Assembly (NCBI GenBank): GCA_020137815.1
Contig: CM035361.1
Span: 6,324,001-6,388,000 of the forward strand
DNA length: 64,000 nt
Direction of reading: 5' to 3'
Origin: Hormiphora californensis
Lineage: Eukaryota; Animalia; Ctenophora
Shown one piece after another: positions 29,104-42,145 of this stretch (positions within the stretch are counted from its first letter, which is position 1; each line of letters opens with the position of its first letter). The notes under the pieces are model-generated. The model was not told the origin of the DNA, made no database searches, and saw nothing but the letters and a program-made list of their open reading frames with translations. The position numbers were made by a program, and so were the translations under genes.

Positions 29104-30360
29104 GTACTAGACAATATTCAATAGGATAAGGTATCCGAATTCCAAGAACATTATTATTACCGCGTCCGCAATGTTTCTTATATATGTAGTAATCGAATCG
29201 GGTAGGTAAAGCTGAGACACACACAGTCACACAATCACACAATCACACAAACACGCACACAATTATTACAAGCTTCTGTCAGTAGTGTAATAGCTACCGA
29301 TTAATAGGCCGCAGCTCTCAAAGCAAAAGAAGATTAGTCTCTCTCTCCATGGGAGATGTATTGCGTGTGAGATTGGGCGGATAGACGGCGGCGGCCCAAT
29401 CAAGTTGACATGTATTTAATATATGAGACCAACAATTTGGCAAGAGAACCCAATGAAATCACAATATCCGTAATTTAAATTAAGAATTTGTAAAGCAAAT
29501 CATAGGTTCGTTAAGTTCCATGAAGAATGCACAGAAAGCGAGAAATAAACAAAGTAGCTCGTATCCCTTTTTTAAAGCTAGGATCTGAGCTCCGTTCAAC
29601 AAAGGGTTCTCAGACCATGCATGCAACAGTCAGGCCCTAGTCTGAACTGTGATAGCGATCGCTAGCAAGTCTAAAAAGCTCGACGTATACTGTTGTACAA
29701 TGTATACGTCGAGCTTGTTTAACTCGCTATATTATACATGCCATTGACCAGCTTGCCTAGCTAGACTGTGTTTCGCGTAAAGAAGGGTTGGGGCATAACA
29801 ATGACCAGCAATCAGGGATCAAAGTCAGAAAACAAAGGGGGTCAGACCACTGCATATTTTACACATGTTATACACTCAACATATGAAGCTCTGTGAGGTG
29901 GAGCTCCATTCATTACACCTCTCCATGGAGATGCAATGGGAGGATATAATGTTTCGCGATATAGATGTTGAAATCTATGTTGAAACTATACAATCTCCTA
30001 TACAATCTCCTATACAATCTCCTATACAATCTCCTCTAGATCTAGAGGAGATTGTATAGGAGATTGTATAGGAGATTGTATACACTCGAGTGACCAGTGC
30101 CACTGACCACTGACCGAGAAATCGGGGTGAGGCAGCATTTTAAAAGCTATCTATGATATTCTACTTCTCTAATGAATGACCCCCTCCCAGCCCCCGAGGA
30201 GCCAACCCACACAAGGAGCCCACACGGCGCCCCTTGGCTAATTAAATAGGACAGGCCCCCAACCCCCTCAATTTACTTCACCAACCCTGGGGGTCGGATT
30301 AGAAATAACAAATGTGTAAACCGCAGTAACGAGCAATATGATGAGTTAACGAGGAGAGAG

Positions 30361-30427
<67 letters not shown>

Positions 30428-30495
30428 TATCATATCTCTCTAGATAGAGAGAGAGCGGAGCTCTCTAGCGAGAAGAGCATCTAGATTCGCTCTCT

Positions 30496-30666
<171 letters not shown>

Positions 30667-30867
30667 TCTCACCCCTATTACCATCTAACAACATGGTCAG
30701 TAGTCACTGGTCAGGGATCGTGAAACTTGATAGCACTCGCTAAAAGCTCATTCTCTATACTCTCATAGGAACACAATTCTTCACTACCATGATCTGCATG
30801 ATGTAATACTGTCTCCAGAGGGATCAGGGGATAAGATCATTGAATGATACCTCGGACAAAATGATAT

Positions 30868-32970
30868 CTGTGTGTGTGTGTCGTGTACCTCCCGTACTTC
30901 CACCCACTTGCTGTCGTTGGGGAGCAGCGATCCCTAGATTTCACAGTTCTCTCCTCAGGTCACCAACACACATGGCTGCCCAGAGCGCCGTGCTCGATCT
31001 CCCGGTCAGGTCCCACCAAGGTAGCGCCGGGTTTCCCCGGTACCCCTTAGTGGTACCCTTCCATTGGAAGACACGAGTCGACAGACGAGAACTGTTTCGA
31101 TAAAGAGCATGAAGGTCACCACCAACAGCAGGCGCACTAGTACTACTGTACCAGTCTTACGGTACTGGGTTTCCCCAGAATAGGTTAAATCGCCGAACGA
31201 TAGTGCGCGTTCATCTTCACCATGATGAGGCACCATTTGTGCACTACCACCTGCCTGTTTCCAGGCGTGTACCTCTGATCGGGGTACAGTGGTAGGGTTC
31301 GGTCCATCGAGTCGTCATAGCAGCTATGATCGAGTCGACCCAGGTGGCGCTGTTCTTTTTGTTTAGCCGATCTAGTTGTGGGGGGCCAGTCCAAAGACTA
31401 GTGACTTGGTTTTTATTGCGCTTTTGCTAGTTGCGGATTTGCTTCTGCCGTGATGGTTTCAACAGACTCTACCTGATGAGATCAGGGCTTTGCCAGTGTG
31501 CACTTTTAAACTACCGTTGGTATAGAATCATTTTGGTGGTAGCGTTATGTTTTATTTGAATAGACCGGATTTGGTGACTACGTTGGTGAGTTTCCTTAGT
31601 TCCAGTGGCTCGTCTTCATTGTAAATGTTTTCTTTGATGTTTTGATACTCTTGAGTGAATCTGAGGTGGTCAAGGTCAGGACAGTTTAGTAGTTTGTGTT
31701 TGGAGTTTTCTCTTTCCCCACATAACTCACAGTTGGGATTTATGGAAGGGTCTCTGTGGGAGAGGGCGCTTCCTAGGTTGTTCTGGCCCGATATGGCCAG
31801 TGTCAGACTTCTCATTGTCTCCTTGTTTTTGATTGTTAGTTTAGTGTTTTCTCTAATAATCTTTCCGATAATCGTTGTGGTAAACTCAGAGTAATTTTTC
31901 GTCTTTAGTTCGGCGATTGTCCCTGTCTTGTGTTGTTGTTTCAGCTTTGTCGTTATTTGACTCTTTGTTTGTCCTAGTGCATTCTGGGTGTTTTTGCTGT
32001 TTGCAGTCGCTTGTTTTGCTATTTGGTCTGCCCTCTCATTGCCTTCTATGTTTGCGTGGGCCTTCACCTTTACTTTTTCTACGCCATTATCTCTTTGCAG
32101 TTCGTGTATACTTCGTAGAGTTTCGGTTAGTTGTTTGGAGTTTGAGAAGTTTCTTGTTAGTCTTCTCAGTGTAGTGCTAGAGTCGGTGTGGATCACTAGG
32201 TGTGACTCCTTTGTTTCCATTTCTAGTAGTTTCTTTATTACCATATGTATTGCCAGTAGCTCTGCTTGGTTTATGGTGTTTTCGGGTGCAAGGGGCTCTT
32301 GAAGGATGATTTCCTGGTTATCCATGTAGATTATGGCTCCTGCTCCTGTCACGTGTGTTGAGTCTATCTTAATTCTTGACCCATCTGTGTACGCGTTTAT
32401 TACTTTGTTCTTGCTCAGTTGGGAGTTTTGTTCAAAGGTTATATCGGTGTATTTTGTCTGGTCGATGGCATTAGGAGTTTTTAGGCTTGTTAAGAGTAAT
32501 TTCATCGCCTTCGAGTGCGTTAGATGCGCTCTTTTTTCGTGGAAGGGGTCTGTCCACCAGTTTCCCTCAGCCTTCAGGTGTATGTAGTTGTTGATACTTT
32601 CTTTGTTGATATGGTAGGTGACATCGTCCACTCCTGCCATTGTGGTTAGCACTATGTGCTGAGTGTGTTCGTGTCCTCCGGTGATCCTTCGAGTGATAGA
32701 GTTCTGTGCTGCTTCCAGCTTCATCTTGAGTGTTTGGTTTTTCAGCGCTTTCTGTCCCCATATGCCTGCCCCGTATGTCAGGGTCTTCATAAGGATATTG
32801 TCGTGAACGTATCTGCCTTAGGCTGTGCTTATTCCCCATTTTGTTGTCATGAGGTGTCTCAGTGGTCTCGCAGATCTTTTAATTGTTTCTGTTTTATTTT
32901 GGACGTGGGCTTTGTAGTTTAAGTTTTTGTCCAGGGTTAAATTCCTAGATACATCGCCTGGTTTGTGACT
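30868..32970 (-). mobile_element. 5'-truncated RNase H-bearing non-LTR retrotransposon (I/LOA-like group): RT thumb, RNase H, Cys/His knuckle, ~680-nt 3' UTR, (AC)n tail
   Basis: ORF 31552-32790: YTDGS, INQAELLAI, IHTDS, VKAHANIEGNERADQIAK, CELCGERENSKHKLLNC. Confidence 0.9.
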
Positions 32971-33223
32971 GGGATAGTGTAGTGCTAGAGTCGGTGTGGA
33001 TCACTAGGTGTGACTCCTTTGTTCCCATTTCTGGTAGTTTCTTTATTACCAATTGTATTGCCAGTAGCTCTGCTTGATTTATGGTGTTTTCGGGTGCTGT
33101 TAGTTTTCCAAAATCCAGTTTCTGGTTTTTGTCATATATGTTTTGTTGTATCGTGTATCGCCGATACTATCGGAAATTTAAATGTTTCAATATCAAGCAA
33201 AAGTGAAAAAAGATATCTATAAA

Positions 33224-33297
33224 GTCGCCTGACCGGGATTTGAACCTGGCATCTTATGCTTCTTAGCCCAGAAAGTGGCCATTAGACCACGGAGCTG
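33224..33297 (-). mobile_element. tRNA-derived SINE head or tRNA pseudogene
   Basis: Minus strand has A box TGGTCTAATGG and B box GGTTCAAATCC but no clean cloverleaf; a more degenerate example lies at ~56290-56358. Confidence 0.55.
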
Positions 33298-34883
33298 TTA
33301 GGTACAGTGCAATTCAGATATACTTATCCTGTGCCGAGATTAGAAATTTTGGCAGAGGTTCCCCAGGGGCTCCTGGCCCCTACTCGGTTTTTCAAGAAAG
33401 TTCACCCGGCCAGATTCTGGCCCGCCGGTGCCTGTTATTGGAGCAACAGGAGCCCTTGCACAAAAGCTTTATTGGCACTTGAGTAATGTTGGTATATATA
33501 TACTAAGTGTTATCGTGTTGGTCGTAGGGCAGGATTCCCTCAATTTGTGTTAATACCATTTGTTACAGTTGACCGCACTTTATTGATCCATCAGGCCCCA
33601 GGATCGCGGCTACGGGACCTATCTCTGGCCTTTCCCCAGAGAGACCTCCCTCCCCGGGTCCTTCCTGTGAAGGACCCGCAGCACCCACCCCCCATGAGAT
33701 TAGGCCCTAGGCTGCCACAGGGAGTCAGAAAATCCTGTCACCTGACTCCCCCCGCAGAAAATGATATCTGTGATAAAACTATCTGGCGCCATGTCCATGA
33801 TCACAACACTGGGTTTAGTACCACATGGAACCGACCGAAACAAGTAAACAACCAATCAGAACTCGTTATTCAGGTCACGTGACTGGTTATCAGCCAATCA
33901 GGGACCAGTATTTCCTGATTCGGTCGGTTCCTAGAATTCAAACTACCAAAACAACACTATATAGACTTGTAGATAAAATATGGTGCTAGCTGATGGCCAC
34001 CGGCTGTTAGCTCGAGGACATCTGGTGGCCACCATTTAACACTCAATTTACATATGTGGCACGGGAGTAGCCAGCTGCTGCAGTAGGGGGTATCAAGATT
34101 CGTGTATAACACTGGTCGGACCCCGATTTACCGGCCCTTTATCCCGGTAAATCGGGGTCCGACTGTGCTAGCATTTGGTAAGCACAATATCCCGGCCTCA
34201 AGACATGGGGGGGGGGGGGGGGCACTGAAAGGGGGCCACTCCCAGTGGGACAACAAAAGAATGTACGGAATGTGAATAGGAATAATAGCAGCTCTAGCCG
34301 TCCCCTTATTATTGTTATACGGGAGTCGTGAGACGTCCTGAATTGGAGCTGATCGTGAGCTTTTAAAAAGAGAGTCGGGAGAGTAGAAAAGTTAAACAAG
34401 AATTATAACTGCATTATGTTAGTTGTAGTTGTGCTGGGTTGAGAATCACAAAAAAAATGAATTTCGTGCAAGCGAGCTATAATAATAAACTTTTTATAGG
34501 TTCGCAAACTTCACAAGAACCACCCCCCTTCCCCCTTCCCCCCCCCCCCAAATTTCACAACGCTGGTCTTAACAAAGATATCATTTCGAGTCCAATCTCA
34601 CACCAAATCAGCCATACCTACTATGTGACAAAAAGAGCCTGTAAACTAAGATCTGTTGATTTCACAACTTACAAAAGACTTGCCTGGCTTGACTGTGTTT
34701 CGGGCGCCCTTTACAAATGTAAAGGGAGGGTTAGAACATAACAACAAAAGACAGTACAACAAAAAACATGAGAAAAGTAAACAGAAGTATTAAAATAACA
34801 GACGCAGCATATATGTCAAAGTTCTCCACACACGTAAGCAGAGGTGTATGGCATTAGGCAATTAGGAAACACAAATTGGGGGG

Positions 34884-34918
<35 letters not shown>

Positions 34919-34944
34919 AGAGAGAGAGAAGAGAGAGAGAGAGA

Positions 34945-34985
<41 letters not shown>

Positions 34986-35114
34986 TCGGATGCTCCGATA
35001 GAGAGATCTACTCTCTTCTCTCTCTCTCTACTCTCTCTTCTCTCTCTCTCTCCTCTCTCTCTCTCGCTCCTCTCTCCTCTCTCTCTCTCTCTCTCTCGCT
35101 CCTCTCCCTCTCTA

Positions 35115-35162
<48 letters not shown>

Positions 35163-35399
35163 CTCCCAAGTTTTCCGTAGACGAGGACGGCCTTCCCTCT
35201 CCTATCGGTTTTATTATAGTATGGGTTGTATGTCTATAGCTACTCCTTGGAACCTCAAACTCTCATCTCTAACTCCCGCTCTGCTCTCTCTCTCTCTCTC
35301 TCTCTTACTAAAGATTCGATAACCTAATCTGGTCTCATTGTGACATCCGTCTCAAAACCCAATCAGCTCGGACATTCAAACAATAAAAAGAAGTTTGTC

Positions 35400-38300
35400 T
35401 TTATTATAATAAGCTTGATAAAGATTCATAATTAGATTTAAATTTATCATTTTGTTCAAAGATTTAGCAGAGCTGAAAATAAAAAGAAGCGACGCAGGGG
35501 GATATCAAGGGGAAGGCACGAGTCTATATAAGGGTGATCGACTCGTTTCAATCTAATTAGCCTCCAGCTCCCACACACACACACGATCCACCGCACACAC
35601 GGGTCAGCTGTCAGAAGAGAAAAACACACACAAACACACACACAATCTTTGCTTGCTAAGTGCCCCCCCCCCTTTCAAACAACACATGTGGCGGGGTAGC
35701 TGCCCTGAGTGTCCCTTTCACACAAGCTGTCGCGAAAACAATCACCTGTGAAAAAATCTGTTCCTGACTGACCAAGAGTATAGGTTAGAGATTGAGCGCT
35801 GAAGCGAACAGGTGATCACTCCAACCCAATCTCTCTCAAATTTTGGTGTCGTCGGCATACAGAGAAATATGGGTACCCTCGGTGACTTCATCAAAAATGT
35901 CATTAATAAAATCGTGAAAAGAACAGGGCCAAGAATGGACCCTGGGGAACACCCGAGATGACAGGTAACTACTCTCGATGACTCACCATCAATAACAACC
36001 TTCTGTCTACGATCTCTCAGGTAGTTCTTGATAAATCTAAGCAAACATCCCATCCAAACCGAATTGATTTTCAGCTTGTTCAGAATGATGTCATGATTAC
36101 AGGAATCGAATGCACGTTTAAAATCAAAATAAACAAATCATGTACGCACACAGTCTGAATGATTAAGGTTAGAAGCAAGAGAGTGTGTGAAAGGGAGGAG
36201 CTGGGTACAGCAAGATCTCCCCTCCACAAACCCATGCTGCCTAGGTCAATCATGGAACCACAATGACATCATAAATTCTATTCTTAACTAACACCTCCAT
36301 GATCTTCCCCACTAGAGACAGAAGCGAAATCGGTCTGTAGTTGGCAAATCCTTACTGTCCCCTTTTGTGTATAGGTACAATGGAAGCTAGCTTCCAGTCG
36401 GGACCACGCCAGTAGACATAGAGAGATTAAGAAGCAACCAGATTGGGTAGGATAGGCTACCCGCCACAGTTCTTCAGAATCTTGCCATGAATCCCATCGG
36501 GCCCACATGAATTAGACACATCAATGTTGCACAGCGCACTATACACTTCAGAACAAGAGAAATAACAATCAACTCTTACGGGACAGGTCAATTCAATATT
36601 GTACAAACTCGGTTCTGTGAATTGACTCGCAAAAATGCGCATTGAATAGTGATGCTCTGGCACTAGGGTCAGTGCGAGTGACATCATTACGATAAACAGT
36701 GGGTGGGATCCTATCACACTTACTAGATGACTTGATATGTGACCAGAATCTCTTGGTGATTGAGTTAGAATCGTTCACTCCGAAAAAGTTGTTCATTTTC
36801 TGAATAATCAGATTCTTGAAATCCTTTCTCGCAGTGGTGTACCTCTCTCTCGTGGGTGGGGTGGGGGTTTGACAAATAATTTTCCTAAGATCCTCCTTGA
36901 TACGCCGCGCCGTTTACAGTCACGATCATACCAGAGAGGCTCTCAAAGGAACCCCTGAGACGTCTCATGGGAATGTACTTCTCAACACACTCGAAAAGGC
37001 TACTACACAAACTTCTTCCAAGCACAGTTAGCATTACTCACAAACAATACCATCCCAGTCGACTCGGGCTAGAGCAACATTTAGACCCAACCAATCGGCC
37101 TTATTAAAATCAAAAACAGGTTCTAGCTTTGCCCTTACGGATCTATACCCCGCTGAGATAGAGAAGGAAACACCATAGTGATCAGATACACATAGTGCGT
37201 CCTTCTCCATCACAGCTAGATCTCTGAGGATCTCAGGACAGTTAGTAAATAACAGATCTAGGGTATTGCCCTGTGAGTGAGTAGGAGCGTGTATGAGCTG
37301 TGAGTGTCCCAAATCACCACATAAAAGATCAACAAAATCCCGCTCAAGGGAGTTAGGGGTTAGCACCACTGGGCCAATCGATGGTAGGAAAATTGAAATC
37401 ACCGATTAGGATATGGCGCTTAAAAACCCTTGGACTTGACAAGGTTACGCAGATAACACGAACATTACAGAAATTATCCTGAGAGAGAGTACCAACTCTA
37501 TAAAAAGTACTGAGACACACACTGACATTATTAGCTTGACGCACACACTTAACAACTCAGCCTGCGTACTAAACTTACAAAACTGGTGACTAGAGATACT
37601 AACATCATCCCGAGGGCGATCAAGACACCACCCCCGTTACTTCTAAATCTGAGAGCTGGGAAGGGTCAAAAGGGTGCGACTTGCCCGACCGATCGAGACG
37701 ATACGTCCTGTAATTATTAGGAAGAACGGAGACAGAACTAATAGTAGGCTTGAGCCAGGTCTCGTTCAAATAATAATCGCGAGGTTTGTGTTCATAAATA
37801 TACCCATGTATGTCTCCCAGCTTGAGTCTGTTCAACTCCGGTGAAGCAGAGCCCAGACTGGAGGAATGTACAAGTCCACGGACATTGTTATATAAAACAC
37901 TGTAATCCTTGGGCCCAGGATTAGAGATAGAGGGATTACATATAAAATCATCAAAAGTTTAGAGCGTACAAAACAGAGAAAATACAACGACTCTACAGGA
38001 CGACAGACACAACCTAAAAACATATATTATAGCACCTACAACCGACAAACTGAGGTACTTGTCAACCGTAACATAGACACTGCTCGGTCAAGAAAACTAA
38101 TCTGATCAATATCAACTGAGTGTGTGAATTGTTAGTTGACGATGCTGGAAAATAACAAGGGTGAGGGTGAAAAAGTGAGTGAATGTTCCAATTGCAAAAC
38201 CACATACCAGTGCTGACAGGTCACCACCACCCACACACGGCATCTCCTCGACACTGACATCTGGCATTAAAACTTCCCAATAGTCTCTCTAATCTTTGGA

Positions 38301-39560
38301 AACATATTGGCAGGTTAGTGGGGGCAAAGTCGGGGTAAGGGGACAAAAAACAACATATTAGAATCGGACGATGTAGCCTGGGGTATAGTGAGAAAAAGGG
38401 GGGCGATGAGGAGTTAAACTAGTATAAATACTTAAAAATTCTCAAATTTAAATTAATTAATTGCTTAATAATTAGCTAAATCCAACCAAACAATTTACAA
38501 ACACACTTTCTCTCTCGCCTCTTCCTCATTTCAAGATCCACATCCACATGTGGTGCACTAAAAATAGCTCTCTCAATATGGTAGTGGAATGGGAAGTAAA
38601 TATGTTGCACTACTGCTGCAGGGGGAGCACCGCCGCTCTCTCTTGCATGCAAGTTAACAAATACACGGAGAGAGAAAAAGTATAGGGGGAAACAGCTATC
38701 AGTTATTTTAATTCACTGCGGTTGTTTATCTGTTCAGCTCTAACACTCTGCGGACAAAAGCACCAGTTTTTGTTCACTGAAAACAGTTTGTTCGGACCAT
38801 CGTAAATACACTTTGTCAACATCGTCACGTGCTTCAAACTCCTCCTTTCTCTTCTAACTGACGCCGGTGCGTAATGGAAAACACCAATCTTCTCTCGTAT
38901 CAGTGGCTTGATCTTGTTGAAGTCTGAGGACAGCGTCTTGTGTGCCACAGATTGAACACCACAGTAACAGTTCGGGCTTTTTTTTATACCAGGGGTTCCT
39001 CGGTTTCGATGGGCAATTGAAATGTCCTTTGCTGAGAACTCAGGTATAACCTTTTTAACTGCTATCGATACCACCTGAGTTATGTCTTCATTGGGGGTCT
39101 CCTTGATGCCAGTGAAGATACTAGTGGCACGGCCCGAGTACGCCTCGTTGGTTAGGAGACGGTCCTCCAGGTTCTCACATTTCTCCACCAGGTTCTCACA
39201 TTTCTTCTCAAGAACTTTAACATTCTGTTCCAGAGCAGATTTCTGAGTATGAAGTGCATCTCTCTCTTGTCTCAGGGTGTCCAATTGAGATGAGAATCGA
39301 CTCTGCATCACTCTAAACATCATCGCGAGTTGTGCAGAATGGTCAATCTTGCTCTCAGAGAATTTCTTGGCGAGTTTGATGGCTGCATCATCCGTGGTGG
39401 CATCCAATATTTTAGTAACTAGTTGTGGGTCACATCCTCTTACCCCGACTTGCATGTTAATGATGATTAAAGGTCGTGGTAGACGGGTGGGTAGCAAAAA
39501 GAGGGGGGTGTGGCGGGAGCTCAAAAAAACGCAACCAAATGTATGTAGCAACAACGATAG
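35400..39560 (-). mobile_element. Near full-length, heavily frameshifted CR1-type LINE: coiled-coil ORF1, APE endonuclease, RT
   Basis: ORF1 38703-39554; LNETWL, YRLDR, LIGDFN, GNTLDLLFTN, SDHY; GPDGIH, GSILGPVLF and ADD remnants. Confidence 0.85.
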
Positions 39561-39574
39561 TGTTGCTGTTTTTC

Positions 39575-39711
39575 TTTAGTTCCTCTCCAGTAAGGGGTAA
39601 CAGTGTTGGCTCGATCTTTACGTCCCCGCATCCGGAATTTTTCATCATTATTGCGGTGATGTCTCGGACCTGGTTGTGTCTAGCAATTGGGATAAAGTAT
39701 GACTCCTTCAT
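39575..39711 (-). mobile_element. Short CRE-like (RLE) non-LTR fragment
   Basis: IARHNQVRD...DVKIEPTLLPLTGE parallels WRHDHLRD...VNTEQPMLP in ORF 58191-59294. Confidence 0.65.
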
Positions 39712-40910
39712 AAAACACGTCAGTCAAACGTTCCTAGTTAGAATTAGTAGCTCCATTTCTTCACATATTCGTATCTTGGACATCTAGATTCCCCAGCTTC
39801 AAAGTACGTCAACCATTTCCCTTTGTTGGAGTGTGTAATCTGTATTCCATTTTGATCATTGTTCCTCAAAACCAGACGTCGGACGTGTCCTCAGATCCAC
39901 AAGAGAGCTCTACAACAAATAAATTGAAGGAGCATTGCATTATAGCGAGTTTAGTAGATTGATGACAAGGTCTCACAATTTATGAATTTTACACTAGTTG
40001 TAACATTTTAGCAAATATTATTATTGTGGACTGGGATGTGGCGGATGGGTGTAAAATTAGATTTAGTAGAATTCATCTCGTTTTTGCTGTTTACACCCTT
40101 ATATACTCTCCACATCAAGGATGAGATCTACTAAATCTAATATTATTATTACTAGCGCACCCATTAGGTGCGCCTCAAGTAAGGCCTTTTTGATAACCCA
40201 CCCGGCTTCGCCGGGTTGTTCTTTTCGCCCCTTTTAACGTAAAAAAACGGTTGCCATGGCAACTGGAGTGGTAACTTTGGGGACTGAATAATTGAAATTT
40301 ATTCGAAAATATTAACAAACTTCCACTGGAAGTTCCAAAAGTGTGAATAACAGCTTTACAGCTTTGGGCACATGAAGTGTTTTATGAAGGAGCACTGTCG
40401 CTTAGATACCGCCTAACGAACGACTTCGACTTCGACGTCGTTCATCTCCAAATTATAATAGAGACTAGCGCACCCATTGGGTGCGCCTCAAGTAAGGGCT
40501 TTTTGATAACCCACCCGGCTTCGCCGGGTGGTTCTTTTAACCCCTTTCATCGTCAATAACATGGTTGCCATGGTAATTGGCAACTGAATTGGTAACTCTG
40601 GGGACTGGCATGTTAAAAGTCATTCGAAAATAATAAAAAACTTCCACTGGAAGTTCCAAAAGTGTGAGCAACAGCTTTGTGCCTATAAAGTATTTTATGA
40701 AGGAGCAGTCTGTTGCTTAGATACCGCCTAACGAACGACCATCACCTGCTGTCCCAACCCTGACGGGCTGGTGACACCGACCGCGGTATAGTAGTGCTTG
40801 GAGTGGGGGCCACTGTTGGACCTCCGAACTGGTCTCGCGTATGTTAGCGTGTAATCAGGCATTCAGGAAAAAAGACGTTGATTCAGTTGTTCAAAATCAA
40901 ATAGCTATTA

Positions 40911-40950
40911 TAACAAACGTTTCGACATAAGAATGTCCTCTTCAGTGTTA
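40911..40950 (-). ncRNA. Inverted copy of the hammerhead ribozyme
   Basis: Exact reverse complement of 41873-41912. Confidence 0.8.
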
Positions 40951-41872
40951 AGCTAACGTCTGTAAACAAAATGCACTAATTTAAACGGTGCTCCTTCATA
41001 AACATAACACATAACCGGTCAATTAGTGGGTTTACCCGGTCCGAAATATGATCGCAGACGGGTCCGTGTTCTGATAGTTTGTAAGTCTGGGTGGATCACC
41101 CTCCCTCTCCCCCACCCCAACCCCCCTCCCCTAACCCTGCGCCGGACCCCAAGTTCGTTCTCAAAATACCCTACGTCAACGAGGCATTGACCCGCAAGTT
41201 CAAGTCCAGTGTAGCCAGAACCGGCATACCCATCCGGGTAGTCACCACATCTGGAAGGACGGTGAAAAGCGAGGTAAAAGCCGCCCTCTGCCGGAAGCTC
41301 GCCCCGGAACCACCTTGCAACTGCAACCTTCACCAGTCCGACATCCCCTGCAACACGAGGAACGTGGTTTACCAAGCCACCTGCCGCAGGTGCTCACAAC
41401 AGTACATTGGTGCCACAGCAAGACCACTGAGAGAGAGGGTTAACGAACATGAGAGCAGTCAGCGCCTCGGCAATGACCGGAGTTCCCTCGGCAAGCACCT
41501 AATGAACGACCACCCAGAGGCAGTAACAGGACAGAGGAACGCGAGAGATTACGAGAATTTTCTGAACAATTTTGATTTTAGAGTACATAGTAGAGGAAAA
41601 GATGCTCTAGAGACATTTTTGAAAGAGAATATTACAATTCAGAGGGTGCGCCCGAGCCTGAATGAATGCCAACAGAACGGGTTCATGTTCTGATCAGTTT
41701 CTGACTAGTTTAGTCTTACACGGGTGATCCACCCAGACTTACAAACTATCAGAACACGGACCCGTCTGCGATCATATTTCGGACCGGGTAAACCCACTAA
41801 TTGACCGGTTATGTGTTATGTTTATGAAGGAGCACCGTTTAAATTAGTGCATTTTGTTTACAGACGTTAGCT

Positions 41873-41912
41873 TAACACTGAAGAGGACATTCTTATGTCG
41901 AAACGTTTGTTA
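41873..41912 (+). ncRNA. Minimal type I hammerhead ribozyme in the pLTR
   Basis: TAACA CTGAAGAG GACAT-tctt-ATGTC GAAAC GTT TGTTA: core boxes, stem II, palindromic stem III and stem I. Confidence 0.8.
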
Positions 41913-42145
41913 TAATAGCTATTTGATTTTGAACAACTGAATCAACGTCTTTTTTCCTGAATGCCTGATTACACGCTAACATACGCGAGACCAGTTCGGA
42001 GGTCCAACAGTGGCCCCCACTCCAAGAACGACCATCACTTCATCTCCACGTTCATCTCCAAATTATAATAGAGATTATTATTCAACACAGTAAAAGTTAA
42101 CAGTTTACTTAACACCCTCAACTTTTAAGTGATATGTGTGTTAAC

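Larger units (their letters stand above)
40746..42026 (+). mobile_element. 5'-truncated Penelope-like element: GIY-YIG ORF 41091-41693 between inverted pLTRs (40797-41101 and 41722-42026)
   Basis: LKIPYVNE, CNTRNVVYQATCRRCSQQYIGATARPLRERVNEH, LKENITI..RPSLN; ~305-bp inverted repeat; TSD (G)AACGACCATCAC at 40733-40745 and 42026-42038. Confidence 0.92.
40152..42074 (-). mobile_element. Head-to-tail pair of non-autonomous Helitrons (40152-40464 and 40465-42074); the second is split by the Penelope-like element
   Basis: On the minus strand each unit runs 5'-TC...hairpin gcgcaccc/gggtgcgc-CTAG-3'; the pair lies between A and T with no TSD. Confidence 0.75.

Noticed and set aside
33224-33297. Functional tRNA gene
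   Set aside because: Acceptor and anticodon stems do not pair; only the A and B boxes remain.
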